Assembly (NCBI GenBank): GCA_963717505.1
Contig: OY970342.1
Coordinates: forward strand, 224,001 to 288,000
From: Candidatus Eiseniibacteriota bacterium
GTDB taxonomy: Bacteria; Eisenbacteria; RBG-16-71-46
DNA length: 64,000 bases
Direction of reading: 5' to 3'
Below the pieces are notes generated by a model that worked only from the letters and a program-made list of their open reading frames with translations, ran no database searches and was not told where the DNA came from. Positions 13,585 to 24,293 of the stretch are shown one piece after another. The first letter of the stretch is position 1; each line of letters opens with the position of its first letter. The position numbers and the translations under genes were made by a program.

Positions 13585-16035
13585 GTGCGCCATGTCTCGA
13601 TCGGACGCCTGCCCCTATTGACCCGACCGGTCCTGGTTGCCGGGGTGCTGGGCCTCGCCTTGTTCCTCCGCGCCTGGCGAATCCGGCACGGCCTGCCCGA
13701 CTTCCTGGAAGAGGCGATGCCGTTCCGCCTGGCACTCGCCATGCGCGACGGCGCGACCGGGAACATCGACTGGAATCCTCATGGCTTCCAGCTCCCGTCG
13801 CTGACGATCTACCTCCACTTCCTGGTGCAACAACTGACGTTTCTAGTCGGATCGTGGCTCGGGCACTACCGTTCGTGGGCCGACTACCTGGTCGCCTACC
13901 ACGTCGACCCGACGCCGATGGTGCTGGCGGCGCGCAGCCTGGGGATCGTGTTCGACATGCTGGGGGTCGCGGCGGTGATGCGCATCGGCCGCCGTCTGTG
14001 GCCGGGCGCCGGCCTGGTCGCGGGACTGATCGTTGCCTGCTCGCCGGCCATGATCGTGACCGCGCGCTCGATCAATCCGGAAACCCTGATGACCGCGCTC
14101 GGTTTGTGGGCGATCGAGCGCATGCTGACCTGGCATGCGCACGGGTCGAGGTCCAGCTTGCGCTGGTCGGTCGCGCTGATCGGCCTGGCGGCGGGCGCCC
14201 ACTACCCGGCCCTGGCCCTGTTGCTCCCGCTCGGCGGCCTCATGTGGGATCGAGAGCGCGGCCTCGGCATCAAGATCGTGCTGCGCCGCTGGGGCGTCGC
14301 GTGCGCGGGAGTCGCCGCGGTGTTCGCAATCACCTCGCCGTTCGCGCTCATCGACTTCCCGACCTTGTGGCGAGACCTGACCGCCGATCGCGGCGCTGGC
14401 AGCCACCTGTGGATGGTGGCGCAGCGCAGTTTCGGATTCCACGCGTCGCATCTCGCGCGCAACCTGGGTGCCATGGGGACCATCCTGTGGATCGCCTCAC
14501 CGGTGGTGACCGCGTTCGAGCCCCGTGCGCGGCGCGTGCCGATTGCCACCCTGTGGATGGCATTGCTGTGCTTCGGGGTGCCGGTCGCGATCGCGCGCAT
14601 CGACGCGGAGCGCTTCATCCTGCCGGTGGTGGCGACCGCGGCGCTGCTCACTGCCGCAACGCTCTTCGCCTGTCTGCGCCCCTTCCATCGCGGGGCGCGC
14701 GCCGGATTCGTCGGGATCCTCGCGGTCCTGACCTGCGCCCCGCTGATGGTCGATGGGCTGCGCGCCGGGGCTCGCGGCTCGGACACCACGCAGATCCAGG
14801 CTCGGCGATGGTGCGAGCGGTTCCTCAAGCCGAGCGATCTGATGGTCCAGGAGGGCTACAGCGCGCGCCTGCCGACCGCCCATCAAATGGCCAATGCGCG
14901 CGCGTCGGATTGGTTTCGGAAAGCTTCGCCCGAGTGGCGGGAGCGCATGGAGCGGGTCCGCACCTATCGGGTCGTGGCGCTGCCGTTCGCGGTCTCGGGA
15001 TCGATCACCGAGGTGATCCGGCTCCCGAACGGCGGCGCGCGCGAGCTCGACGTGCTTCCCCACGCGGAGCAGCTCAATCAGGTGTTCTACGACCCGCGCC
15101 TGTTCGATGGCGTCGAGTACTTCATGACCAGCAGCTCGATTCGCGATCGCTACCTGGCCGACACCAAGCGTTTTCCGGTTCAGGCCGCGTTCTACCGGTT
15201 GCTCGACACGGCCGGCGAGGAAGTCGTGCGCTTCACGCCGCACGGGGTGGTCGAGGGCCCGGAGATCGTGGTACGCAAACTGGGTTCGCGCTACCGCGCG
15301 GCGATCATTGCACGCGGCGGCGTCGACTCTCTGTGGTGGACCCGTTGCGTCCCGCGTGAGTATCGATCGCAGGTCACGGCCATGCTCGGTCCGCATCCGG
15401 CGCCCGAGAAGGCGACCCGTCTTCCGGAGCCGGTGGCCGGTTCCGCATCCGACTCGATCGCTCGGTCGGACATGGACAGTCTGGTCGCGGACGACATGCC
15501 TCCACCCGCGATCGGCTTCGACGAGCCGCCGGCGGTGCCGGTGGCCAGCGAGCTGGTCGGGTCGGAGCCCGTTCGGCGGCCGCTCGAGTCCGATGCCGCA
15601 TCGACTCCACCAGGAACCGAGGGCGAAGTGCCCATTTGGGTGAGAACCCTCACCACCTTCTATTACACCCGCATCCGATCGTTCTCGGATCTCATGGCCA
15701 TCCATCTCGCGGGCACCGAACAATGGGAGGCCGCGCGTCGCTTCGCCCTGGCGACCTACATCATGCACCCCAACGACGAGGCCGCAGCCATTCTCCTGAG
15801 CGTGACCTCGCGGCGCTCGGGCCGGCCGGAAGAGGCGCGCAAGACCATCGAACGCACCCTGGACGCGCGGCCGCCCGAGGCCCGCGGACGGGCACTGCTC
15901 CTCGAGTATGCGCACGCCCTGCGCGAGTCCGGCGACCTCGCCGACTCGCGCCTGGTGCTGACCACGCTGGCCGAGGCGCCCTTGGGGAATCTGGTCGGCG
16001 ACGAAGCCCGGCGGCTCCTCGCCACACAACCCTGA
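13585..16035 (+). CDS. GT-C fold (ArnT/PMT-like, GT39/83-type) membrane glycosyltransferase with a soluble domain and C-terminal TPR
   Basis: LALFLR..GLPDFLEE first-loop acidic pair, about 11 hydrophobic helices, HYP and ERFILP motifs, and a TPR-like tail. Confidence 0.7.
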   Translation: MRHVSIGRLPLLTRPVLVAGVLGLALFLRAWRIRHGLPDFLEEAMPFRLALAMRDGATGNIDWNPHGFQLPSLTIYLHFLVQQLTFLVGSWLGHYRSWADYLVAYHVDPTPMVLAARSLGIVFDMLGVAAVMRIGRRLWPGAGLVAGLIVACSPAMIVTARSINPETLMTALGLWAIERMLTWHAHGSRSSLRWSVALIGLAAGAHYPALALLLPLGGLMWDRERGLGIKIVLRRWGVACAGVAAVFAITSPFALIDFPTLWRDLTADRGAGSHLWMVAQRSFGFHASHLARNLGAMGTILWIASPVVTAFEPRARRVPIATLWMALLCFGVPVAIARIDAERFILPVVATAALLTAATLFACLRPFHRGARAGFVGILAVLTCAPLMVDGLRAGARGSDTTQIQARRWCERFLKPSDLMVQEGYSARLPTAHQMANARASDWFRKASPEWRERMERVRTYRVVALPFAVSGSITEVIRLPNGGARELDVLPHAEQLNQVFYDPRLFDGVEYFMTSSSIRDRYLADTKRFPVQAAFYRLLDTAGEEVVRFTPHGVVEGPEIVVRKLGSRYRAAIIARGGVDSLWWTRCVPREYRSQVTAMLGPHPAPEKATRLPEPVAGSASDSIARSDMDSLVADDMPPPAIGFDEPPAVPVASELVGSEPVRRPLESDAASTPPGTEGEVPIWVRTLTTFYYTRIRSFSDLMAIHLAGTEQWEAARRFALATYIMHPNDEAAAILLSVTSRRSGRPEEARKTIERTLDARPPEARGRALLLEYAHALRESGDLADSRLVLTTLAEAPLGNLVGDEARRLLATQP

Positions 16036-16129
16036 CGAATTCCGGACCCGGCGATTTCACGCGCCACCCGCCCTGACGTTACTCTTCTTACTTCATGCCC
16101 ACCCCACTCACCTGCTCCCGCTCAACACC

Positions 16130-17064
16130 ATGGGCGGCCGCGTGAGCGCGACCTGGTTACCGGTGCTGGCCGCAGCCGCGCTCGCGACCACTCCCGGGGA
16201 CACGGCTCGGCCGGCTCCGGCTCCCGATTCCGCGGTGGTGTCGACGCAGCCAAACCCCTTCGCGCGCTACCAGGCGTTGCTCGCCGACTACCTGGTGGTG
16301 ACGTCGTCGCCGGGCCAGCCGCTCGAAACGCGATTCGACTACGTCCGCCTGCACGACAATCCCGGGCGCTTCGAGCGTATGCAGCGCATCCGCGGCGAGC
16401 TGCTGGACGAATCGCCGGCGAGAATGAGCCGCTCCGAGCGCCTGGCCTGGGCGATCAACACCTACAACTTCCTGGTGATCGAGCTTGCGACCGAGAACCT
16501 CATCGACCCGAACATCAGCGCCTACCTGCGCGTTCAGGGATACAGCGGCGTGGCGCGGAGCAGCGTCCAGCAGATCCAGGTCGAAGGCGTTCCGTTCTTC
16601 GAAACGCCGGTGGTCGAGATCGACCATCAGAGCTACTCGTTGAACACGTTCGAGCGCCGGTTCGTGTTCGAGGGATTCGACCCCAAGAACGGCGGAAAGT
16701 TGCCGCGCACCCTCGATCCACGGGCGCACTTCGCTCTGGTGTGCGCGGCCAAGGGTTGCCCGCCGCTCCGACCGGCGGCCTATCGCGCCGAGTCCCTCGA
16801 GGTCCAGCTCGACCGCGCGACGCGTGAAGCATTGGCGAGCCCGGCGCACCTGCGCTGGACTCCGGATGCCGGCGTCCTGTACGCCAGCTCGCTGTTCAAT
16901 TGGTACGTCGCCGACTTTGGCGGAGTCGACGGGGCCTACGCGTTCGTGGTCGCCCACGCGCCCGCGCCGGTGAGCGAGTCGCTCCGGGCACGCACCGGCG
17001 GTCGGATCGACCAGTTCATCACGTGGGATTGGAAGCTCAACATCGTTCCGCGACCCGACAAGAA

Positions 17065-17068
<4 letters not shown>
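16130..17068 (+). CDS. DUF547-domain exported protein
   Basis: ERLAWAINTYN, YSLNTFE, DPRAHFALVCAAKGCPPLR..AY, SSLFNWYVADF, WDWKLN. Confidence 0.88.
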
Positions 17069-18524
<1,456 letters not shown>

Positions 18525-18528
<4 letters not shown>

Positions 18529-20030
18529 ATCGCGGCAGGAAGAACGACTTCGTGCTGGCCCTCGACCAGGGCACCACCGGCTCGACCGCGCTGCTGATCG
18601 ACGCCCGAGGCGAGGTGCGCGGCCGAGGCTACGCCGAGTTGACCCAGCATTTTCCGCGACCCGGCTGGGTCGAGCACGACCCCGAGGAGATCTGGACCAG
18701 CGTGCTCGCGGCGGCGCGGGCGGCGCTCCGCGCCGGCCGGGCGTCCAGGGCACGGGTCGCTGCGATCGGCATCACCAATCAGCGCGAGACCACCGTGGTA
18801 TGGAACCGGCGCACCGGGCGTCCAATCGCGCGCGCCATCGTCTGGCAGGACCGGCGCACCACAGAGCGCTGTGCTGCGCTCAGGCGCGCGGGCCTCGAGC
18901 GCGAGATCCGGCGGAAGACCGGCTTGGTTCCCGACCCCTATTTTTCAGCGACCAAGCTGGAATGGCTGCTGGCGCACGTCCGAGGTGCGCGCGCGGCGGC
19001 TCGGCGTGGGCTGCTCGCCTTTGGCACGGTCGATAGCTGGCTCTTGTGGAAGCTGACCGGCGGTGCCCTCCACGCGACCGACCCGACCAACGCTTCGCGC
19101 ACCATGCTCTACGACATCCGCCGTCAGGACTGGGATGCCGGGCTCCTGCGCCGGTTCGGCGTGCCGCGCTCGATGCTGCCTGCGATCCTGCCCTCGAGCG
19201 GAACGTTTGGCGTCACGCACCGGGTTCCCGGCCTGGCCGACGGCACGCTGATCGCCGGTGTCGCCGGCGACCAGCAAGCCGCACTCTACGGCCAGGGTTG
19301 CGTCGCTTCGGGTCAATCCAAGAACACCTATGGTACCGGAGCGTTCTTGCTGCTCCACACCGGATCGCGCCCGGTCGCCTCGCGTGCCGGGCTCCTGACC
19401 ACGATGGCGTGCGGCCCGCGCGGCGAGCCGGCTTATGCTCTCGAGGGCAGCGTGTTCATCGCCGGGGCCGCGATCCAGTGGCTGCGAGACGGACTCGGGC
19501 TGTTCGCGCGAGCTTCCGAATCAGAGGCGCTGGCGGGCTCCGTGCCCGATACGGGTGGCGTGGTGCTGGTGCCGGCCTTCGTCGGACTCGGAGCGCCCCA
19601 CTGGCGGCCCGAAGTGCGCGGCGCCGTGTTCGGGCTGACGCGCGGCACGACGCGCGCGCACCTGGCGCGCGCGGCTCTCGAATCCCTGGCGTTCCAGAGT
19701 CGCGACCTGGCCGAGGCGATGGCCCGCGACGCCGGCCGGCGGATTCGCCGACTGCGTGTCGACGGTGGGGCGTCGGCCAACGACCTGCTCATGCAGTACC
19801 AGGCGGACCTGCTTGGAATTCCGGTCGAACGCCCGCGGGTGATCGAGACCACGGCACTCGGCGCCGGGCTCCTGGCCGGACTCGCGGCGGGCGTGTGGAG
19901 TTCGCCGCGCGAGCTGGACCGGGCACGGCGGATCGACCGCGTGTTCCGACCGACGAAGTCCGCGGCGTGGCGCGCGCGAGAACAGTCGCGGTGGCACGAG
20001 GCGGTCGAGCGACTGCTCGTCGAGGTCTAG
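18525..20030 (+). CDS. glpK: Glycerol kinase
   Basis: LALDQGTTGS, PGWVEHDPEEIW, GITNQRETT, AIVWQDRRT, DPYFSATK, TDPTNASRT, GDQQAAL, KNTYGTG, ETTALGA. Confidence 0.97.
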
Positions 20031-20035
20031 GGTGC

Positions 20036-20182
20036 GAAGGGTCAGCGTCGAAGGGTGAGCGGTCGGGGGCGAGTCTGAGTCGCGCGGAGCCAGGGACGGC
20101 GGGAGCGCGACTCAGTCTCAGCGAGTGAGGCAGGATGCTGAGCGAAACGGCCGTGGACCGCTGACTCTTTCGTCGCTCACCC
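20036..20182. repeat. Nested inverted-repeat (foldback) element between convergent genes
   Basis: Perfect 11-bp stem CTGAGTCGCGC (20075-20085) / GCGCGACTCAG (20105-20115). Outer arms are GAAGGGT(C/G)AGCG twice on the left and CGCT(G/C)AC(T/C)C twice on the right. Confidence 0.6.
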
Positions 20183-21034
20183 ACTACCCCGGGCGAGCCA
20201 GGCCACCACGTCGCGGATCACCTGCTCGCGGCCACGGTCGTTGAACATCTCGTGCCAGCCGTCGGGATAGGTGATCAACCGTGCCAGCGGGGCGGGTGCT
20301 GCGGCCGCGAATTCCCGCGACCCCACGACGTCGACCAGGCGATCGGCCTCGCCATGGAGCAGGAGCGCCGGCACGTGGAGCCGCCGCGCCTCGCGCAAGA
20401 CGCGTTGGCGCGCCTCGGCCAGTCCGAAGTACAGGCGCGGGCTGATCAGGTCGTGCTTCAAGGGGTCGGCCTCGCGCAGCCGGCAGACCTCGGGATCGTG
20501 CGAAATGCCGGTGGTGTCGAGCCCGGTCGGGAATCCTGTGGCGGGAGCAGTCACGCGGGCGACGTTGGCGAGCGCGAGCTTCCACCAGGGCGGAATTGCG
20601 CTCCGCAATCCGGGCGACGACGCCACTACCCGCTCGAGATCGCGCGAATGGGCGAGCGCGTAGTCGAGTGCGATCAGCCCCCCCATGCTATGGCCGAGCA
20701 GCACGCGCGGCAGCCGATCGGGCTGGCCCGGGAGTCCGAGGTTGGCGGTGAACATCGCGGGCACGATCTGGTCGCGCACCGGCAGCCAGCGAAAGTCACC
20801 CCGCGGGCCGGGCGCCTCGCCGTGCCCCGGAAGGTCGAGACATACGACCGAGTAGCCGGCGACGACCAGATCGGAGGCGAGTGCCGCGTAACGCCCGGAG
20901 TGCTCGCCGATCCCGTGGACGATCGCGATCAGGGCGTGTGGCGATTCGCGGCACCAGGCGCGACCCGGGAGCCTCATGCCCTCGACCCGCGCTTCGATCG
21001 CCCGCGACGGAACCGATCCTTCGGATGGATTCAA
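20177..21034 (-). CDS. Alpha/beta-hydrolase, lysophospholipase/monoacylglycerol lipase-like
   Basis: IVHGIGEHSGRY, DLPGHG, nucleophile elbow GHSMGG, LLHGEADRLV, YPDGWHEMFND. Exact start uncertain. Confidence 0.9.
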   Translation of the reverse strand: MNPSEGSVPSRAIEARVEGMRLPGRAWCRESPHALIAIVHGIGEHSGRYAALASDLVVAGYSVVCLDLPGHGEAPGPRGDFRWLPVRDQIVPAMFTANLGLPGQPDRLPRVLLGHSMGGLIALDYALAHSRDLERVVASSPGLRSAIPPWWKLALANVARVTAPATGFPTGLDTTGISHDPEVCRLREADPLKHDLISPRLYFGLAEARQRVLREARRLHVPALLLHGEADRLVDVVGSREFAAAAPAPLARLITYPDGWHEMFNDRGREQVIRDVVAWLARGSG

Positions 21035-21273
21035 CCGTTCCCTCCCTGGACCTGCTCGTTTGCTCGAAACGCGCCGCCGCTGACGAGTCCGAGCGCTCGC
21101 AACCTAGCGGAAGGCACTCGATCATCGCCAATCGTCATGTTGCACGTCCATGTTGCAGGACGCCAACAAGATGCAGTCCGCACGGAATCCGCACCGCGCT
21201 CAGTCGCCGCGATCGAGCCCTGTGCGGGTCCAATCGCATGCGGCGCAACCAAGTAACCTAACTCGCCCCCCCG

Positions 21274-21289
21274 TGGCATCGCGGTTGCA
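21274..21289 (+). promoter_or_regulatory. sigma54 (-24/-12) promoter of pilin 1
   Basis: TGGCATCGCGGTTGCA has exact GG-N10-GC spacing, about 75 nt upstream of ATG 21363. Confidence 0.8.
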
Positions 21290-21362
21290 CAGGACGCGCA
21301 TTGTTAGCCGGGGCCGGAGACACGACCGGGAGTATTTCGACCGTTCATCCCTCGAGGTTGCC

Positions 21363-21791
21363 ATGGTTCGTCGCGAGCGGGGCTTCACTCTGATCGAGCT
21401 GATGATCGTGGTCGTGATCATCGGCATCCTCGCCGCCATCGCGATCCCGAATTTCATCGCGATGCAGAACCGAGCGAAGGAAGGCAGCACCAAGTCCAAC
21501 ATGCACACCTTCCAGGTGACCGCCGAGGACTACTCGGTCCTGAACGACGGCCGCTATGCCGATCTCGCAGCCACGGTCGCGGGGCTGATGCCCGCCGGGC
21601 TTCGGTTCATGAACCCGTTCGACAAGTCGCTCGGTTCCGGGAACGCCTGGGAAGACCGTGCCGGCTTCTCGGCCGTACCCACGAAGTCCGGAATCGTCAG
21701 CTACGCGGATTCCGCCTCGGGCTATACCTACAACATCAAGGGCCATGGGCTGAACACTCCGTTCCCCATCGTCCTGACTGCCGGGCAGTAG
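21363..21791 (+). CDS. Type IV pilin (class III signal peptide), copy 1
   Basis: MVRRERG|FTLIELMIVVVIIGILAAIAIPNF, with G-1, F+1 and E+5. Confidence 0.92.
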   Translation: MVRRERGFTLIELMIVVVIIGILAAIAIPNFIAMQNRAKEGSTKSNMHTFQVTAEDYSVLNDGRYADLAATVAGLMPAGLRFMNPFDKSLGSGNAWEDRAGFSAVPTKSGIVSYADSASGYTYNIKGHGLNTPFPIVLTAGQ

Positions 21792-22219
21792 CACCTTCCC
21801 CCCACCGACCCGCGCACGCGCCAGGCGCCTTTCGGGGTACTCCGAAGTCGCGAGCGTCAGTGGAGCCCCGGCGGTCCCGAGCTCGAACCTGCGCCCACGT
21901 TGCATTCTGCACGGAATGCCGTGGGCGCTCGCGCTTCGTCTCCGATCCCCGTCGCGGATCGCGCCCGCCGTTCCCTTCCTCGCCCAGTGCGCCGCGCCCC
22001 GCTCCTGCTCTGCTCGGCAACCTCTCCTTGGGGAACTCGCGCCGCATGCGGAACTCGCTGAGGCCAGGGAGCCTTTCGCGTTTGCCATGCAATCCCCCCG
22101 AAAGCGTGCGGATTGCATTTCGCCATTGAGGTGTTTGGTTCGGGTGGCAAGGCCCGGTCGAAACCGTCACGCGTTGCCGCACAGTCACTTGCGCTGCTGG
22201 TCCAGGCTTCGTCGCGCCC

Positions 22220-22235
22220 TGGCATCTGGCTTGCC
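22220..22235 (+). promoter_or_regulatory. sigma54 (-24/-12) promoter of pilin 2
   Basis: TGGCATCTGGCTTGCC has exact GG-N10-GC spacing, about 70 nt upstream of ATG 22303. Confidence 0.78.
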
Positions 22236-22302
22236 TGATTCACTTCTGTAACGACGCCTGTCGGCGATCGGTTCAAGAACCCCCAGCGGAGGAGTTGCAA
22301 CG

Positions 22303-22734
22303 ATGCTCAAGTCCCAGAAGGGCTTCACCCTGATCGAGCTGATGATCGTCGTCGTCATCATCGGCATTCTCGCTGCGATCGCGATCCCGAACTTCATCGC
22401 GATGCAGAACCGCGCCAAGGAAGGCAGCACCAAGTCGAACATGCACACCTTCCAGCTGTCGGCCGAAGACTACGGCGTTCAGTGGGACGGCGTGTACGCA
22501 GTCGATGCGGACGTGGTCGCGACCTTGCTGCCTTCGGCTGGCGCGAACTTCAAGAACCCGTTCGATCAGTCTGCCGGTTCGGGTAACTCGTGGGCCGACC
22601 GTGCCAGCATCCTCACGCCGGCGACGGGCCCGTCGGGCATGACCAGCTACGCTGACAGCTCGCAGAACACGTACAACATCATGGGCTACGGCAAGACGGC
22701 TCCTTTGTCGCTCGTCCTGACGGCTGGCCAGTAA
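22303..22734 (+). CDS. pilA: Type IV pilin, copy 2 (probable major pilin)
   Basis: MLKSQKG|FTLIELMIVVVIIGILAAIAIPNF. Strong GGAGG RBS, own promoter and own terminator. Confidence 0.9.
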   Translation: MLKSQKGFTLIELMIVVVIIGILAAIAIPNFIAMQNRAKEGSTKSNMHTFQLSAEDYGVQWDGVYAVDADVVATLLPSAGANFKNPFDQSAGSGNSWADRASILTPATGPSGMTSYADSSQNTYNIMGYGKTAPLSLVLTAGQ

Positions 22735-22801
22735 TTCGACTGCAAGGGGGGCCGTACCAACGGCTCACCTGCAAACGGGGAACTCCAGGCCCCCGTTGAC
22801 G

Positions 22802-22840
22802 AGAGGCGGCGGATCACTCCGCCGCCTCTTCGTTTGTTTT
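22802..22840 (+). terminator. Rho-independent terminator after pilin 2
   Basis: Stem AGAGGCGGCGGA-tcac-TCCGCCGCCTCT followed by TCGTTTGTTTT. Confidence 0.85.
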
Positions 22841-22875
22841 GCGGGCTGGGCGTCCGCGGCTAGACTCGCGGCCCA

Positions 22876-24231
22876 ATGTCCGCGCCCCCTGAAGAGTCCC
22901 CGCCGCGCCGCCTGATCGTGCCGGGCGCCGAGCCCGAAGCCACGGAAAAGCCGCGCCTGATCGTGCCGCCCGGCGCCACGGTCGCCGACGAGGAGCTGCC
23001 CGAGTTCCCGAAGCTCCGGCCTCTGATCTTGATTCCGGTCTCCGACGGGCAGCGGGAGGTCGTGCTGGTCCAGGATCCGCTCGGGGTGGTGCAGGGTCAG
23101 CCCGTGCTGGGCATCGAAGCCCTGGGGCTCCTCCAGCTATTCGACGGCGCGACCGCGCTCAACGACATCACGGCGGCCGTCATGCGCGAGAGCAAGGACC
23201 TGCGCGTCGCGAACATGATTCGCGACTTCGTCTCCAAGGTCGACCGGCTGCTGATGCTCGACTCGCCGCGCTTCCACCGCGCGTGGCAGGAGATCCGCGA
23301 CGCCTACCACCCGCTCGAGATCCGCCAGGCGGTGTTCGAGGGGCGCTCGTACCCGGCCGAACCCGAGGTGCTCGAACGGTTCCTCGACGAGCACTACACG
23401 GCCGCGAGCGAGTCTTCGCCGCCGGGCTCGACCGCGCCACGGAAGGGTCCACCGCGCGCGCTGCTCGCGCCGCATCTCGATCCGCGCCGGGCCGGCAAGG
23501 CAATGGCCCTGGCCTACCGCGAGCTCGATCCGGCCGACGCCGAGCGCGAGCCGCTGCGCATTGTCGTGTTCGGCACCGGCCACACGATGTTCGCCGACCT
23601 GTTCGCGCTGACGCGCAAGCACTTCGAGACCCCGCTCGGCCGGCTCGAGTGCGACACGGCGTTCGTCGACGCGGTGGCCGGGCGTCTGGGCGAGGCCGCC
23701 TACCAATCCGAAATCGTCCATCGTGAGGAACACTCGATCGAATTCCAGGCGGTCTACCTCAAGCACCGCTTCCGCGATCGAAAGGTGACGTTAGTCCCGA
23801 TCCTGTGTGGCGGCTTCCACTCGCTGCTCGACGCCGGCCAGACGCCGCGCGACTCGCCTGAGTTCGAGGCGCTGATCGCGGCGGTCCGCGACACCGAGCG
23901 TGAGTGCTCTGGCCGAACGATCTACGTCGCCGGCATCGACCTGTCGCACCTCGGCCCGCGCTTCGGCGACCCGACGGCCGACGACCGCGTGCGCGGCGAG
24001 GCCGAAGGGGTCGACCGCGCCGCCCTCGAGGCCGCGCGTCGGGGGGATGCCGACGGCTGGTTCCAGGCGATCGCCGCGCAGGACGATGCCACGCGCATCT
24101 GCGGCCTGGCCCCGACCTACGCGATGCTCCGTTGCGCGAGTCCGGGCGAGGGCCGGCTGATTCACTACGAGCGATCCGACGAGCCTGACAGCTCGTTCGT
24201 CAGCATCGCCGCCGCGGTCTGGGATTCCTGA
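22876..24231 (+). CDS. Memo/MEMO1-family protein (AmmeMemoRadiSam protein B) with N-terminal PqqD/RRE-like extension
   Basis: GRSYPAEP, APH, GTGH, FETPLG, H..EHSIEFQ, DLSHLGPRFGD, RICG. N-terminal LLQLFDGATALNDITAAV...IRDFVSKVDRLLML. Confidence 0.88.
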   Translation: MSAPPEESPPRRLIVPGAEPEATEKPRLIVPPGATVADEELPEFPKLRPLILIPVSDGQREVVLVQDPLGVVQGQPVLGIEALGLLQLFDGATALNDITAAVMRESKDLRVANMIRDFVSKVDRLLMLDSPRFHRAWQEIRDAYHPLEIRQAVFEGRSYPAEPEVLERFLDEHYTAASESSPPGSTAPRKGPPRALLAPHLDPRRAGKAMALAYRELDPADAEREPLRIVVFGTGHTMFADLFALTRKHFETPLGRLECDTAFVDAVAGRLGEAAYQSEIVHREEHSIEFQAVYLKHRFRDRKVTLVPILCGGFHSLLDAGQTPRDSPEFEALIAAVRDTERECSGRTIYVAGIDLSHLGPRFGDPTADDRVRGEAEGVDRAALEAARRGDADGWFQAIAAQDDATRICGLAPTYAMLRCASPGEGRLIHYERSDEPDSSFVSIAAAVWDS

Positions 24232-24293
24232 CGGCCCTACGCCGAGGGGCTGAATAGGGCAAGGAAGGCGGCGCGCGGGCCGATAGAGGCCCC

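Noticed and set aside
22010-22130. c-di-GMP-I riboswitch-like words on the minus strand (GGCAAAC, GCGAAAG, GGTTGCCGA)
   Set aside because: They are antisense to the pilins and I could not build the P2/P3 stems with a GNRA loop. A cmsearch would be needed to revive this.
21363-22734. Electrically conductive (e-pili) pilins
   Set aside because: Aromatics occur at +1, +24, +50 and +58, but +27 is Met and +32 is Lys, and the pilins are full length. Sequence alone is insufficient support.
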